Below are positions 1 through 9,197 of a stretch of DNA of 64,000 nt, one piece after another. Below the pieces are notes generated by a model, which saw only the letters and a list, made by a program, of their open reading frames with translations, made no database searches and was not told the origin of the DNA. Within the stretch, counting starts at the first letter, position 1, and every line of letters starts with the position of its first letter. Origin of the DNA: an uncultured bacterium (GTDB lineage: Bacteria; SAR324; NAC60-12); NCBI GenBank assembly GCA_965662845.1, contig CBFIJD010000011.1, positions 10,002 through 74,001 of the forward strand. The letters are read 5' to 3'. The position numbers and the translations under genes are program-made.

Positions 1-18
1 AAAATTCTTGGAGGCACT

Positions 19-123
19 ATGCAAGTCATCAAAACAGCCGGCTACAGCATCCTCTTCGTGGTAGGAGTGAGCGTCACTTGGACTACAGTGCAAGTCGTAG
101 AGCACCTACAGCGGTACCTGTGA
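19..123 (+). CDS. small putative single-pass membrane protein (34 aa)
   Basis: GGAGG SD 5 nt upstream of ATG19. Translation MQVIKTAGYSILFVVGVSVTWTTVQVVEHLQRYL has one hydrophobic stretch. Below the ORF-track cutoff. Confidence 0.5.
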   Translation: MQVIKTAGYSILFVVGVSVTWTTVQVVEHLQRYL

Positions 124-368
124 TTCTGAGCTCTCTGCGACGAAGGCCAGCGGCCAGAAGCAAGGGGCTGGCCGGTTCCTCGGTTGGCTTTTTCTGTTCA
201 AAATCCACCCTCGCTCTCTGAACCACTCAGGGAGTAGATTTCTCGCAGCGGCAAGTCCGCTCTGGGGCCGAGTCTCTTCGAGCGGGCTGAAGTTTGTGGG
301 AAGAAAGGTGAGTGAACAGGAGAGCAACGGCGCTTGTGAGCGGCGCCGTCTGCGGGGAAGAGAGGTCG

Positions 369-3300
369 TTAATTTGGCATGACGGGTTCCAAGACGAAGA
401 GCAAGTCGCCTTGATTGACGGTCTGCTGGTCTTCGGCGAGGATGCGCGTCACGCGAAATTGTTGATCTTTAGGATACAGGCATTCGCCATCAGCGGTCTT
501 ATAGTATCCCAAGGAAAGCTCGGTGAAGACCTTCATGGACTCGAGCAAACACAGGGGCGTCTCCAAATTGATGACGCTCCCTTCTTCCACCAGCAGCTCG
601 GCTTCGGGAGAAGGAGAACGGTAGAACCCGCCCATCTGTGGTGAGAGCACCTTCCACTCATCACTGTCTTCAAACTTGATAGCGTTCACATCCAACGAGC
701 CCAAACCTGAGCCAGACTCTTGCTTTGTTTTTTGGATCAACTCTTGAGCGTCAATGCGTTTGAGGAAGCCCTTGAGAAAGTTCGTGTCAAACTCTCCTCT
801 ACGGAAGTCGGAGTCTTGTAGGATCAACTGCGCGAGGACTTTGTTCGTAGAGATCCCATGAATGCGAACGCGGTCTAAGTAGTCGATCAACACATCCAAG
901 ACTTCGTCGCGAGTGTTCCCCCAGGCGATGATCTGTGCGACGAGGGAGTCATAGTAGGGCGAAACCACGGAGCCTTTCGCAACGGCTTGCACAACGCGTA
1001 CTTTCTGGTCTGTGGGGAAATAGGCTTCGGTCACATGCCCAGGGTCAGGGACGAACTTCAACTTGCCGCTGTTGTCCAACTCCACACGCTCGGCGTTGAT
1101 GCGCAGCTCCATGGCGTGTCCATCTTGTTGGACGTCCAAATCAGCAATGTCTTCGCCTTCGGCCACTCCAAATTGTTTCCGCACGAGATCGACGCGGGTG
1201 ACCATCTCAGATACGGGGTGTTCCACCTGAAGACGCGTGTTCATCTCCATGAAGTAGACCTTTTGTTCGGTCAAGTCATAGATGAACTCAACGGTGCCTG
1301 CGCCGATATAGTCAATCTCTTGCACCAGTTTGCGAGTGTGCTGGTAGAGTTCGTCTCGAATGGCTTCAGGCAGCTCAAAGGCAGCTTCTTCGATCAACTT
1401 CTGGTAGTTGCGCTGTACGGAGCAGTCACGAATGCCAAGTAATTTTGCGTTGCCATGCTGGTCGCGAAGCACTTGCACTTCTAGGTGGCGCATGGAGCGA
1501 ATGAACTTCTCCAAATAGAGGTCGCCATTCCCAAAGGCATTGAGCGCCTCTTTAGACATGCGTGTGAACATGGACTCCAACTGGGGGGGACGCTCCACCA
1601 CCGCAATGCCCTTGCCGCCACCGCCGTGCGCGGCCTTGATCAGCACAGGGAATTCAATTTCTTCGGCTACCATTTGCGCTTCTGCAGGGTCGGCTAGGGC
1701 GCCTTCGCTACCCGGCACCACGGGAATTTCAAGGCGCTTGGCTGTATTGATGGCGTTGGACTTGTTGCCCATCAAATCCATGTTGCCGGCACGCGGTCCC
1801 ACGAAGTTGAGACCATGCTCTCGGCAAATCCGCGCATATTGTGGCGACTCCGAAAGGAAGCCAATGCCAGGGTGGATCGCGTCGACCTCTTCTTGTTCTG
1901 CGATACGAATGACGCTCATCGCGTTCAGATAGCTCTCTTGGGGAGTGTTGCCTCCCAAGCAAATCACGCGATCATTCTCTTGCAGCAGCTGTGTGGGATA
2001 GCTCTCCATGTCGGGATCGGACTGCACCAGCACCACCTCCAGACCGTAGTCGTGGGCTCCTTGAATGAGCCGAGCGGCGGTGCAACCACGGGCATGGATG
2101 AGCACGCGCTTGATGGCGCTCTGCATCAGTTCTGGCTGCACGAGTCCTTCGGTTTGGGCTTCGGCAGAGAGGTGATATTCCCCCGTCAGGGTGCGCGCGA
2201 TGACCTCTGCGATCGTCAGCTTCGCTTGGGGAATGCTGGGGTCAATGGCGCTGAGTTGTGCGTCAATGTCAGCGTCGAAGGGGTTCTGGACTAGGCCGTC
2301 CATGGTGCCTTCTTTGGCAGAGAGATAGTTGGCGAGCGTAGCGGCTGCGGGCAAGTGGCTCTCGACGACGAGTTGGCCCGCGAAGGGAATCTGGGCGCCT
2401 GAGAGATAGTAAGTTTTCACTAACAAATGCGTCACAAAGCTGGCTTGGGCCCCGCCGACACAATCGCGGAAGCCGAAGCAGATCACCGGCAAGTCATGGT
2501 CTTTGACAAAGCGCGTCAGGCGGTCGTTCATCACGGCCATTGAAAAGAGAGAGCCTGCGCCTTCTTTGGTCTGCATGCCTGCAGAGGAGATGAAGAGGAT
2601 CACCGGCAGCTTGCGCTGGGCACACTCGTCGAGCAGTAAGCACACCTTCTCACAGCTAGCCATGTCGAAAGCACCGGCTTGAAAGCGAGTGTTGCTGATG
2701 ACGATGCCAGCCTTGGCTTGAACCGTCTCGGATTCAAAGCTCCCGATGCCCGTGATCACGCCGCAGGGGACGACCCCCCGATCGAGGGCTTGCTCGACAG
2801 CTTGCCGAAATCCCGGAAAATTCACAGGGTTGGCTGTGATCCGCTCGGCGTGCAACTCTTGAAAATCTGTGAAGTATTTCTCCAAGATCTGCTGCGGCTG
2901 GATGTGTTGCTTCTTGTATTCTCGGAGCAGGTTTTGGATCAACAGATCTTTGTAACCCTGATCCAGCCGGTTCCAGAAGTCTTTGATGCCAATGTTGCGC
3001 GGCGTGATCTTGCCGTTGAATTTGCCGTCTCCTTGCTGCGCTTTGTAGAGGGAGGGCAGCAACCCAGAGAAGTAATAGCGCACTACTCCGAAGAGCGGGG
3101 GACTCATGCGGGGGTATACGATGCGTTTCCAACTACTGATGGTGCCCATCACAGCGTCGCAACTTTTCATGTCGATAAAGCTGGCCAGCCACTTGAAGAA
3201 TTGCTGACGCACCCAATCGCTCTCCAGCTGCAATTCGACTTTCTCGAACTCTTTCATGGCAATGCCCAAGGAGTTCTCAAAGAGTTTTTCGACAGACTGT

Positions 3301-4844
3301 TGGGAGATGTGGTTGGTGCCTTTTAGCTCTCCAGCAATCATTGGCAGGCTCTCGATCACGCCGTCATAGAGCATGTCGAACAATAAGATGTTTTGAAAGT
3401 TTTGCTGCATGCTCTGGTTGACCTCAGGGACCAGCAAAATATCCAATAAAGTGGGGTTGTCGTGAACCTCGGAGAGGGTGGCTTCTTTGAGGTGTTCGTG
3501 CAGGAGCACCATGTTCTCGCGGGTGCTGTCTTTCCAAAAGTTGTAGAGGTGGAGCAGCACTTCCATGGTCAACTCTTCGAGCGCCTTCTCAAAGTTGTCG
3601 CGGGGGTCTCCTACGAAGAAGGCAAATAAGCGCGTGCGCTCTACGTCTCGCTCGGCTTTGGTCTCCAAGAACCGCTGGTAGCGCTTTTGGAGTTCTTCTT
3701 GATAGCGCAGCTCTACCGGCGATCGCAGCCACTTGTCGAACTTCTCGCGGCGTTCGCGCTGCTGCCGCTCTGCCAGTGTGCCGGTGGGGTCTTTGACCGT
3801 GCGATTGCTCAGGCGAGTGTAGTTGTGAATAGACTCACTTTGGAGGCGTTGCCGCAATTTCAGGCCACGCATGAAGCGATATGCGGCCCCGAACACGTTG
3901 AGCGTTCCCGTGGTCGGCTTGTGAGTCATCCGGTTGGCGACAATGGAAAGCTCGGACGGGTTCAAGTAGTGGTTGATGTTTTCCCGATAGTGCTCGAACA
4001 GGAAGTCGTGCTCTTTGAGGAAGAGGCGGGAGTTGTTCTCGGTGGTTTCAATTGCCGAGAGGATCGCTTCACGCAGATTGTTGAGCTTGCTCGGCTGGTC
4101 TAAAGAAAAGTCGATGATGCCGTCAAAGTAGCCATTGGCATAGAGTTCATACGACGAGACGCCGATGTATTTGGCGCATTCTTGCCAAGAGAGGTTGTAT
4201 TTGCGCGCGATGTTGCTGAGTCCTTTGGGGTGGATGGTGTTGAAGACGCCATCTTTCGTGGAGAGCAGCATGTTGGTCGTCGCGAGCGGAATTGCTCCCC
4301 CGCTATATCCGGCCCCGAACACAACGCCAACGGTGGGCAGCTGCAAGTTGGCCATCTCGGATATGAAAAACGAGATGGCGTGGGACTGGTTGTCGAGATT
4401 GGCCTCTGCGTTGGCCATCGCCCCGGGAGTGTCCATGAAGGTTACCAGTGGCATCGCATGGATCGCAAAGAAGCCCAGCTTCTCAGCGGCTTTGCGGTGA
4501 TGCTGAGGTTCCCAAGCCCCGTGCTGAGCGCGGAAGTTTTGAGCGATGAACCCGATCCGCCTTGGGCCTTCGGCCACTTGGAACTCGACCTCTGCCAAAT
4601 AGAGAGGGCCTTCGGCTTCCTCTTGAATGACATTGCCTCCCAGTTGTTGAATGACTTCCGGCGCGCTCATACGCTTCGGGTTTTCCGAAGGGCTCACGAC
4701 GCGTTGAATGTAGCTGTCTACATCGAGGCGACGGAGCCATTCGATCTGTTCATCAATTGCGCTCTGGGTCAACAGACCACGCATGGTCGAGTTATCAAAG
4801 TAGGCCGGGCGTTTGCCCGGTAAGAGTGAGAGGTCGTGAGACAT
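369..4844 (-). CDS. single-chain biotin-dependent acyl(acetyl)-CoA carboxylase: CT-alpha, insert, CT-beta, biotin carboxylase, BCCP
   Basis: AccA-like FMDTPGA...GYSGGA. AccD-like FQAGAFDMASCEK...FISSAGMQTKEG. BC motifs IHPGIGFLSES, GGGGKGI, EMNTRLQVEHPVSE. C-terminal biotinylation motif ESMKV. ORF is open to 4913; Met at 4844 preferred. Confidence 0.9.
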   Translation of the reverse strand: MSHDLSLLPGKRPAYFDNSTMRGLLTQSAIDEQIEWLRRLDVDSYIQRVVSPSENPKRMSAPEVIQQLGGNVIQEEAEGPLYLAEVEFQVAEGPRRIGFIAQNFRAQHGAWEPQHHRKAAEKLGFFAIHAMPLVTFMDTPGAMANAEANLDNQSHAISFFISEMANLQLPTVGVVFGAGYSGGAIPLATTNMLLSTKDGVFNTIHPKGLSNIARKYNLSWQECAKYIGVSSYELYANGYFDGIIDFSLDQPSKLNNLREAILSAIETTENNSRLFLKEHDFLFEHYRENINHYLNPSELSIVANRMTHKPTTGTLNVFGAAYRFMRGLKLRQRLQSESIHNYTRLSNRTVKDPTGTLAERQQRERREKFDKWLRSPVELRYQEELQKRYQRFLETKAERDVERTRLFAFFVGDPRDNFEKALEELTMEVLLHLYNFWKDSTRENMVLLHEHLKEATLSEVHDNPTLLDILLVPEVNQSMQQNFQNILLFDMLYDGVIESLPMIAGELKGTNHISQQSVEKLFENSLGIAMKEFEKVELQLESDWVRQQFFKWLASFIDMKSCDAVMGTISSWKRIVYPRMSPPLFGVVRYYFSGLLPSLYKAQQGDGKFNGKITPRNIGIKDFWNRLDQGYKDLLIQNLLREYKKQHIQPQQILEKYFTDFQELHAERITANPVNFPGFRQAVEQALDRGVVPCGVITGIGSFESETVQAKAGIVISNTRFQAGAFDMASCEKVCLLLDECAQRKLPVILFISSAGMQTKEGAGSLFSMAVMNDRLTRFVKDHDLPVICFGFRDCVGGAQASFVTHLLVKTYYLSGAQIPFAGQLVVESHLPAAATLANYLSAKEGTMDGLVQNPFDADIDAQLSAIDPSIPQAKLTIAEVIARTLTGEYHLSAEAQTEGLVQPELMQSAIKRVLIHARGCTAARLIQGAHDYGLEVVLVQSDPDMESYPTQLLQENDRVICLGGNTPQESYLNAMSVIRIAEQEEVDAIHPGIGFLSESPQYARICREHGLNFVGPRAGNMDLMGNKSNAINTAKRLEIPVVPGSEGALADPAEAQMVAEEIEFPVLIKAAHGGGGKGIAVVERPPQLESMFTRMSKEALNAFGNGDLYLEKFIRSMRHLEVQVLRDQHGNAKLLGIRDCSVQRNYQKLIEEAAFELPEAIRDELYQHTRKLVQEIDYIGAGTVEFIYDLTEQKVYFMEMNTRLQVEHPVSEMVTRVDLVRKQFGVAEGEDIADLDVQQDGHAMELRINAERVELDNSGKLKFVPDPGHVTEAYFPTDQKVRVVQAVAKGSVVSPYYDSLVAQIIAWGNTRDEVLDVLIDYLDRVRIHGISTNKVLAQLILQDSDFRRGEFDTNFLKGFLKRIDAQELIQKTKQESGSGLGSLDVNAIKFEDSDEWKVLSPQMGGFYRSPSPEAELLVEEGSVINLETPLCLLESMKVFTELSLGYYKTADGECLYPKDQQFRVTRILAEDQQTVNQGDLLFVLEPVMPN

Positions 4845-4939
4845 GGCCTCGGCGCGGCAAAAGGCCGAGAGTTTGCGGGATGCCTTGCGAGCAGACATAG
4901 CGGGGGGATGCATGCAGGTTGTGTGATGTAAGGGTTGGA

Positions 4940-5689
4940 TTACCAGGAGGGAAGATGAGCTTTCACCTCGTCCCAGAGTTCTTGGTAGGCCACAGCAGAT
5001 TTACTCTTGGCGGCGAAACCGGCCACCGGCGTGCGTTCGATGCCCATGCGCTCCACTTCGGTCGCGTAAGGAATGTGCGCTTTGAGGAAGTCTGGGTATT
5101 TCTCCGGCAGCGCGTCCATCAAATCGCGGTGTAGCTGTTTGCGCCGATCGGCCATCGAGAAGAATACGAGCATCTTGAAATTTCGCAATTTGTTCTTGCG
5201 CTTGAACTCTAGCAATTGTCGCAGCGTCCGCAGTGAGAGCGAGGTCGGAATCACAGGCACCACGAGCACCTGTGCCGCGTTAAAGATGCTCTCAGAGAGC
5301 AGGGTCAGCCCAGGCGGACAGTCCAAGAATACATAGTCGTAGTCTGCCGCCAAAGGCGCCAGCAATTGCTTCAAGCGCTCCGTTGGATTTTTCGACCCAT
5401 CAAGGAGCAGATCCATCGTGCGATAAGAGAAGTCTGAGGGCAGCAAATCGAGGTTTTCAAAGTCAGTGCCTTTGATGAGCTCTGCAAGTTCACGTTGTCC
5501 TTGTAACAGCGCTTTGGAGCCGCCTTTGACCTTGGGGCGGATGCGAAAATAGAAGGTTGCTGCGCCCTGAGGATCGAGATCCCAGATCAAGGTGCGGGCG
5601 CCTTCGTGTGCAGAGAGATACGAAAGATTGACCGCGGTCGCCGTTTTGCCGACGCCGCCTTTGATGTTGTAGGAGGCAAGAATTTTCAT
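4940..5689 (-). CDS. ParA/MinD-family ATPase
   Basis: Deviant Walker A KGGVGKT, DLDPQG and DCPP motifs. ATGA overlap with the upstream CHAD gene. Confidence 0.9.
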   Translation of the reverse strand: MKILASYNIKGGVGKTATAVNLSYLSAHEGARTLIWDLDPQGAATFYFRIRPKVKGGSKALLQGQRELAELIKGTDFENLDLLPSDFSYRTMDLLLDGSKNPTERLKQLLAPLAADYDYVFLDCPPGLTLLSESIFNAAQVLVVPVIPTSLSLRTLRQLLEFKRKNKLRNFKMLVFFSMADRRKQLHRDLMDALPEKYPDFLKAHIPYATEVERMGIERTPVAGFAAKSKSAVAYQELWDEVKAHLPSW

Positions 5690-7272
5690 GAGGCATTTCC
5701 TTCGACCGTGTTGTTCTTAAAGAGCTGCTGGCACTTCTGGCGATATTTCGCGGAGGCAAATTCATGGAATCGTTCTCGAAACTCGTGGCGAGATTGATGT
5801 TTGCGCTGGTGCAGCTCGCCCACGAGCATCCCCATGGCGAGGAGAGTGTCGACCGGCGTTTGCGCTTGCTCTGCCAGCATTTTGCTGTAGTGCGCTAAGG
5901 ACTCCTGCTGCACGGAGCAGTCATTGAATTCGCCTAAATTTTCTTGCAGCACTTTTAAGGTTTTCACCACGCTCTGCAGCTCTTTCGAAGGAAAAAGACT
6001 GGAGAAAAACTCAAGCAAGTATCGGAACTTTTTGCAGGTCTTTCGGAGCTCGTGTAGGGCTTCGTCTGGCGAGTCGTCTTCGATGGCTTGGCCTTGTTGC
6101 ACACACTTGCGGTAGCTCTGCCACAGCTGCTCCGTTGCGCTCTGCCAGACGGCTTGGGCGCCCATGGCGGTGCTGGACTCTTCCTTCTCGTCTAAGAACT
6201 CATCCCAGCGCTTGCGAAAGTCTTGATATCTCTCCGACTGCAGCGCCTCGGCTAATTTCTGCTGTTCTTTCGTTTGTTCACTCTGCAACAGCGCGCGGAA
6301 GGGCTCCAAGCTGGCTCGTTGCTCTGCGGGGAGCTGGGCTTGGTAGCTGTTGAATTGCAAGAGATACACGTCCAAGTCGCGGGTTGGGCCGGTCATGTCG
6401 CTCAGCCACGAAAAGTCTTCGCGGAACGCAGCGATACGCTGCTTGGGGAAGGCGCCCCGTAACAGGTTCAACGCGGAGCGGGCGCGGCGACAGGAAACCC
6501 GATAATCGTGCAGAAATTCGGGGTCATGATCGGCGAGCGTGCCGGCTAGGTTTTGATCCATGATTTCGGTGCTAGCGCGCAAAATGGCGCGGAGGGATTG
6601 ATCGGTGCGGTGTTGCGGTTTGAGCGTGACTTTCGGCTTAGCGGAATATCGCAGCGTTCCCCCCGGTTGCTTGCTGTGCGCGGCGACGAAGAGTTCTTCC
6701 ACGACGTCGGGCAAGAAGAGTTTGTGGCGGCAGAACTCTAAGGCTTGTTTGAGCGGCTTCGGGTAGCCCTTCACAGGGATGACATAGAGCCGCAGATCAA
6801 TCGGTGGTGTAGACTCTTCTTCAGCTACTTGGAAGTGCGATGCTTCTGCAACCATCCGCAGAGTGGTTTTTTGGTCTTTGTTGACCCAAATCCACGGTTG
6901 GTGCTTCACGTCCAGCGTGAGGCGAGGCAGCAGCGCTCGCGGATGCAAGCGATCTGCGAGGAGCGTGCGCAGCGGTGTCTCAGGAAGTTCGCGGATGATG
7001 CTGGGGAGCTCTGGCGCTCGACCGCGATGAATGATCTGGGTGCCGTCCAAACTGAGTAGGGTCAGCCAGCGGTCTTCGGAGTCCTCGGTGTTTTGCTCCA
7101 GACGCAAGACGCGGTCTTGCGCGTAGACGCGGCCATCAAACGTGTCGTAATACGTTAGCTTCCAATGCTGTAGGGGGGACGCTTGCAGGGAGAATTTTTT
7201 GAGCAGTTGCTCCTCTAAGTGGGACAGCAACTGCTCGTTGGGAATGCGGAATTGGTGTCGCGTCATCGACAT
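5686..7272 (-). CDS. CHAD-domain (polyphosphate-binding) protein with N-terminal CYTH-like region
   Basis: LHDYRVSCRRARS, TRDLDV, LHELRKTCKKFRYLLEF and LQENLGEFND are CHAD signatures. N-terminal TYYDTFD. Confidence 0.85.
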   Translation of the reverse strand: MSMTRHQFRIPNEQLLSHLEEQLLKKFSLQASPLQHWKLTYYDTFDGRVYAQDRVLRLEQNTEDSEDRWLTLLSLDGTQIIHRGRAPELPSIIRELPETPLRTLLADRLHPRALLPRLTLDVKHQPWIWVNKDQKTTLRMVAEASHFQVAEEESTPPIDLRLYVIPVKGYPKPLKQALEFCRHKLFLPDVVEELFVAAHSKQPGGTLRYSAKPKVTLKPQHRTDQSLRAILRASTEIMDQNLAGTLADHDPEFLHDYRVSCRRARSALNLLRGAFPKQRIAAFREDFSWLSDMTGPTRDLDVYLLQFNSYQAQLPAEQRASLEPFRALLQSEQTKEQQKLAEALQSERYQDFRKRWDEFLDEKEESSTAMGAQAVWQSATEQLWQSYRKCVQQGQAIEDDSPDEALHELRKTCKKFRYLLEFFSSLFPSKELQSVVKTLKVLQENLGEFNDCSVQQESLAHYSKMLAEQAQTPVDTLLAMGMLVGELHQRKHQSRHEFRERFHEFASAKYRQKCQQLFKNNTVEGNAS

Positions 7273-7342
7273 GGCCCTCACGTTAAGTGCGATTCAATCC
7301 ATGAACCGCGTAGTTAGAAAAGGCCAATACGCTATCAAAGAG

Positions 7343-7404
7343 ACGCCCCAAAATCAAGGATTTTGAATATCTATTGAATATTTCTTTTGTATTTTAGGGG
7401 GCGT
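7343..7404. promoter_or_regulatory. AT-rich imperfect inverted repeat enclosing two TTGAATAT direct repeats 11 bp apart, upstream of CHAD-ParA
   Basis: ACGCCCC-AAAAT...ATTTT-AGGGGGCGT arms. TTGAATAT at 7363-7370 and 7374-7381. Confidence 0.35.
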
Positions 7405-7414
7405 TGGGGTGCAA

Positions 7415-8500
7415 TTAGCTTGGATTGGAGAGCGCGAGTCGAAGGCAGCCACGAGAGTGAATGGGGCGTGTTCCACACGAAGAATACTCGACGAAAGCCT
7501 GCCAATGTATGGTGCCAAGGGGCAGCTGAAAAGAACCTTGAATGTGCTCTTGTTGCCGCTTCCACTGATGAGTCAAGGTTGCGTGCCAAGCCCGACGAGG
7601 CTCCTCGGGAAGTTCCAGCAACAGTTGAGGCCAACTCCAACTTGGAGTCGAGACCCCCAGCAGCCGCTGGGCGGTTTCAGAGAGCCAAAGTTGCTCTGTG
7701 TTGTGATCCCACGTCCAGACCCCGATGCCTTCCAGCCGCCCCAAGACCTCCAACATATCCTGTTGTTTGGCTTGCTGACGACGCAGTTCTACCTTGTCGT
7801 CTTCAGGAATGATGGTCGCCAAGAAGGTCAACTGCTGCCGGAACAGGAATTGCCAGACGGAGATTTCGCACTCATGCAGAGTGCCTTTGCGCGAGCGGAT
7901 CTGGACGGGGCGGCGCAGCACGTGGCCATGTTCATACACATCTTGGATGTGCTGTAAGGTGTCTTCGGTGTTGATGGCATAGTCAAACGGCGTGTTGCGC
8001 TGTAGCTCAGAGAAGCTCACATCTAGCAGCTCACAAGCAGCTCGATTTGCATAGACGAAGTGACCCGTCTCTACGCTGTTCGCTACAATCGGAACGTTGA
8101 TCGCGTCCAACAACTGTTGCCAAGCCTCATCCTCTTGAGGAAGAGGGAAGGTCTCTTGCGGGGCTAACATCACAAAGAGCAGCTCTTGGGCGCTGGTGTC
8201 ATGAACGCGCCAGCTGTGCACTTCGAGGTGAGCGCGCATGCCACAGCCTTCTTTCACGGTCATACTCTCGGGGCGCTCTTCGACGCTACGCCAGCTCGCA
8301 CGGAGCCGATCTTGTTGAGACGGTTCAAACGCGTCTAGCAGGTTTCGTACGGGCAGAGCACGCTCGGCAAACCAGTGAGCTGCAGCAGGATTGCCCTGAA
8401 TCACGCCGCCATCCTCTCGCAAGACCAAGCAAGGTTGAGAGTGCAGGCGCAGCAGATGCTGCCAACTATTTTGCAATGCAGAGGGAGAAAGTGTGCTCAT
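7415..8500 (-). CDS. PAS-domain protein with no recognisable output domain
   Basis: PAS-like segments (GGVIQGNPAA; FVYANRAACELL; GIGVWTWDHNTEQLWLSE). No HisKA, GGDEF or HTH after them. Confidence 0.65.
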   Translation of the reverse strand: MSTLSPSALQNSWQHLLRLHSQPCLVLREDGGVIQGNPAAAHWFAERALPVRNLLDAFEPSQQDRLRASWRSVEERPESMTVKEGCGMRAHLEVHSWRVHDTSAQELLFVMLAPQETFPLPQEDEAWQQLLDAINVPIVANSVETGHFVYANRAACELLDVSFSELQRNTPFDYAINTEDTLQHIQDVYEHGHVLRRPVQIRSRKGTLHECEISVWQFLFRQQLTFLATIIPEDDKVELRRQQAKQQDMLEVLGRLEGIGVWTWDHNTEQLWLSETAQRLLGVSTPSWSWPQLLLELPEEPRRAWHATLTHQWKRQQEHIQGSFQLPLGTIHWQAFVEYSSCGTRPIHSRGCLRLALSNPS

Positions 8501-8673
8501 GGGGATGTGCTTCGTAGAGGAAGATAATAGTTGCTTGAGTGATGATTCTTCAGAAAAAGCGCGACGCTCTGGCGAAGAGCGTGCTAACTTGGAGAGCCAT
8601 TTGTCGATTGGTTTGCTGGTTCACCCTCGGGAATAGATGTTCCCGACCAATGACTCCTCCGACTGGACGTGTT

Positions 8674-9183
8674 ATGGCTTTCAGCTTTCCCCGTGTCAAG
8701 GTTCCCGAGGTCTTTGCAAAGGCCAACTCCGGCTGGCGCGAACGACTCTTCAAGGCGGACAAAGAGTTCGCAAAGCGCCCCACAGGGGTCGTCCGGTTCG
8801 TCAAACTTGGCGACAGCGGAATGTACCGCGAGTGGATGCGGCGCTTCTACTCCACCCTGAGTGAGACCGACCTGCAGAAGCGCTTTGGGCGCGTCGTGAC
8901 CGCCGAGCAAGCGCTGGATCTTGTGAAAGGATTGCGGCACTTCGGCTTGATGCACCACTTTGAGTTTCGCAGCGAGCTGGTCGCTGTCGCCGATATTGTC
9001 CCCGAAGACGGAGAGCTGGGCATCGCGGTGCATCCGAAATATCGCAAGCTAGGCTACGGTGGATTCCTCCTAGACGAGATCCGCAAGGTCTATCCCGACA
9101 CTATTCGCGTTTGTGTGTATGACACAAATGTGCACATGATTCGCTTCGCCCGCAAACACCAGCTGCCCCTAGAAATCATTTAG
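8674..9183 (+). CDS. GNAT-family N-acetyltransferase, resembling the Pat GNAT domain
   Basis: FYSTLSETDLQKRF. Acetyl-CoA motif A ELGIAVHPKYRKLGYG and NVHMIRFARK. Start uncertain (8650 or 8674). Confidence 0.7.
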   Translation: MAFSFPRVKVPEVFAKANSGWRERLFKADKEFAKRPTGVVRFVKLGDSGMYREWMRRFYSTLSETDLQKRFGRVVTAEQALDLVKGLRHFGLMHHFEFRSELVAVADIVPEDGELGIAVHPKYRKLGYGGFLLDEIRKVYPDTIRVCVYDTNVHMIRFARKHQLPLEII

Positions 9184-9197
9184 CACCCTCTCCTTTT

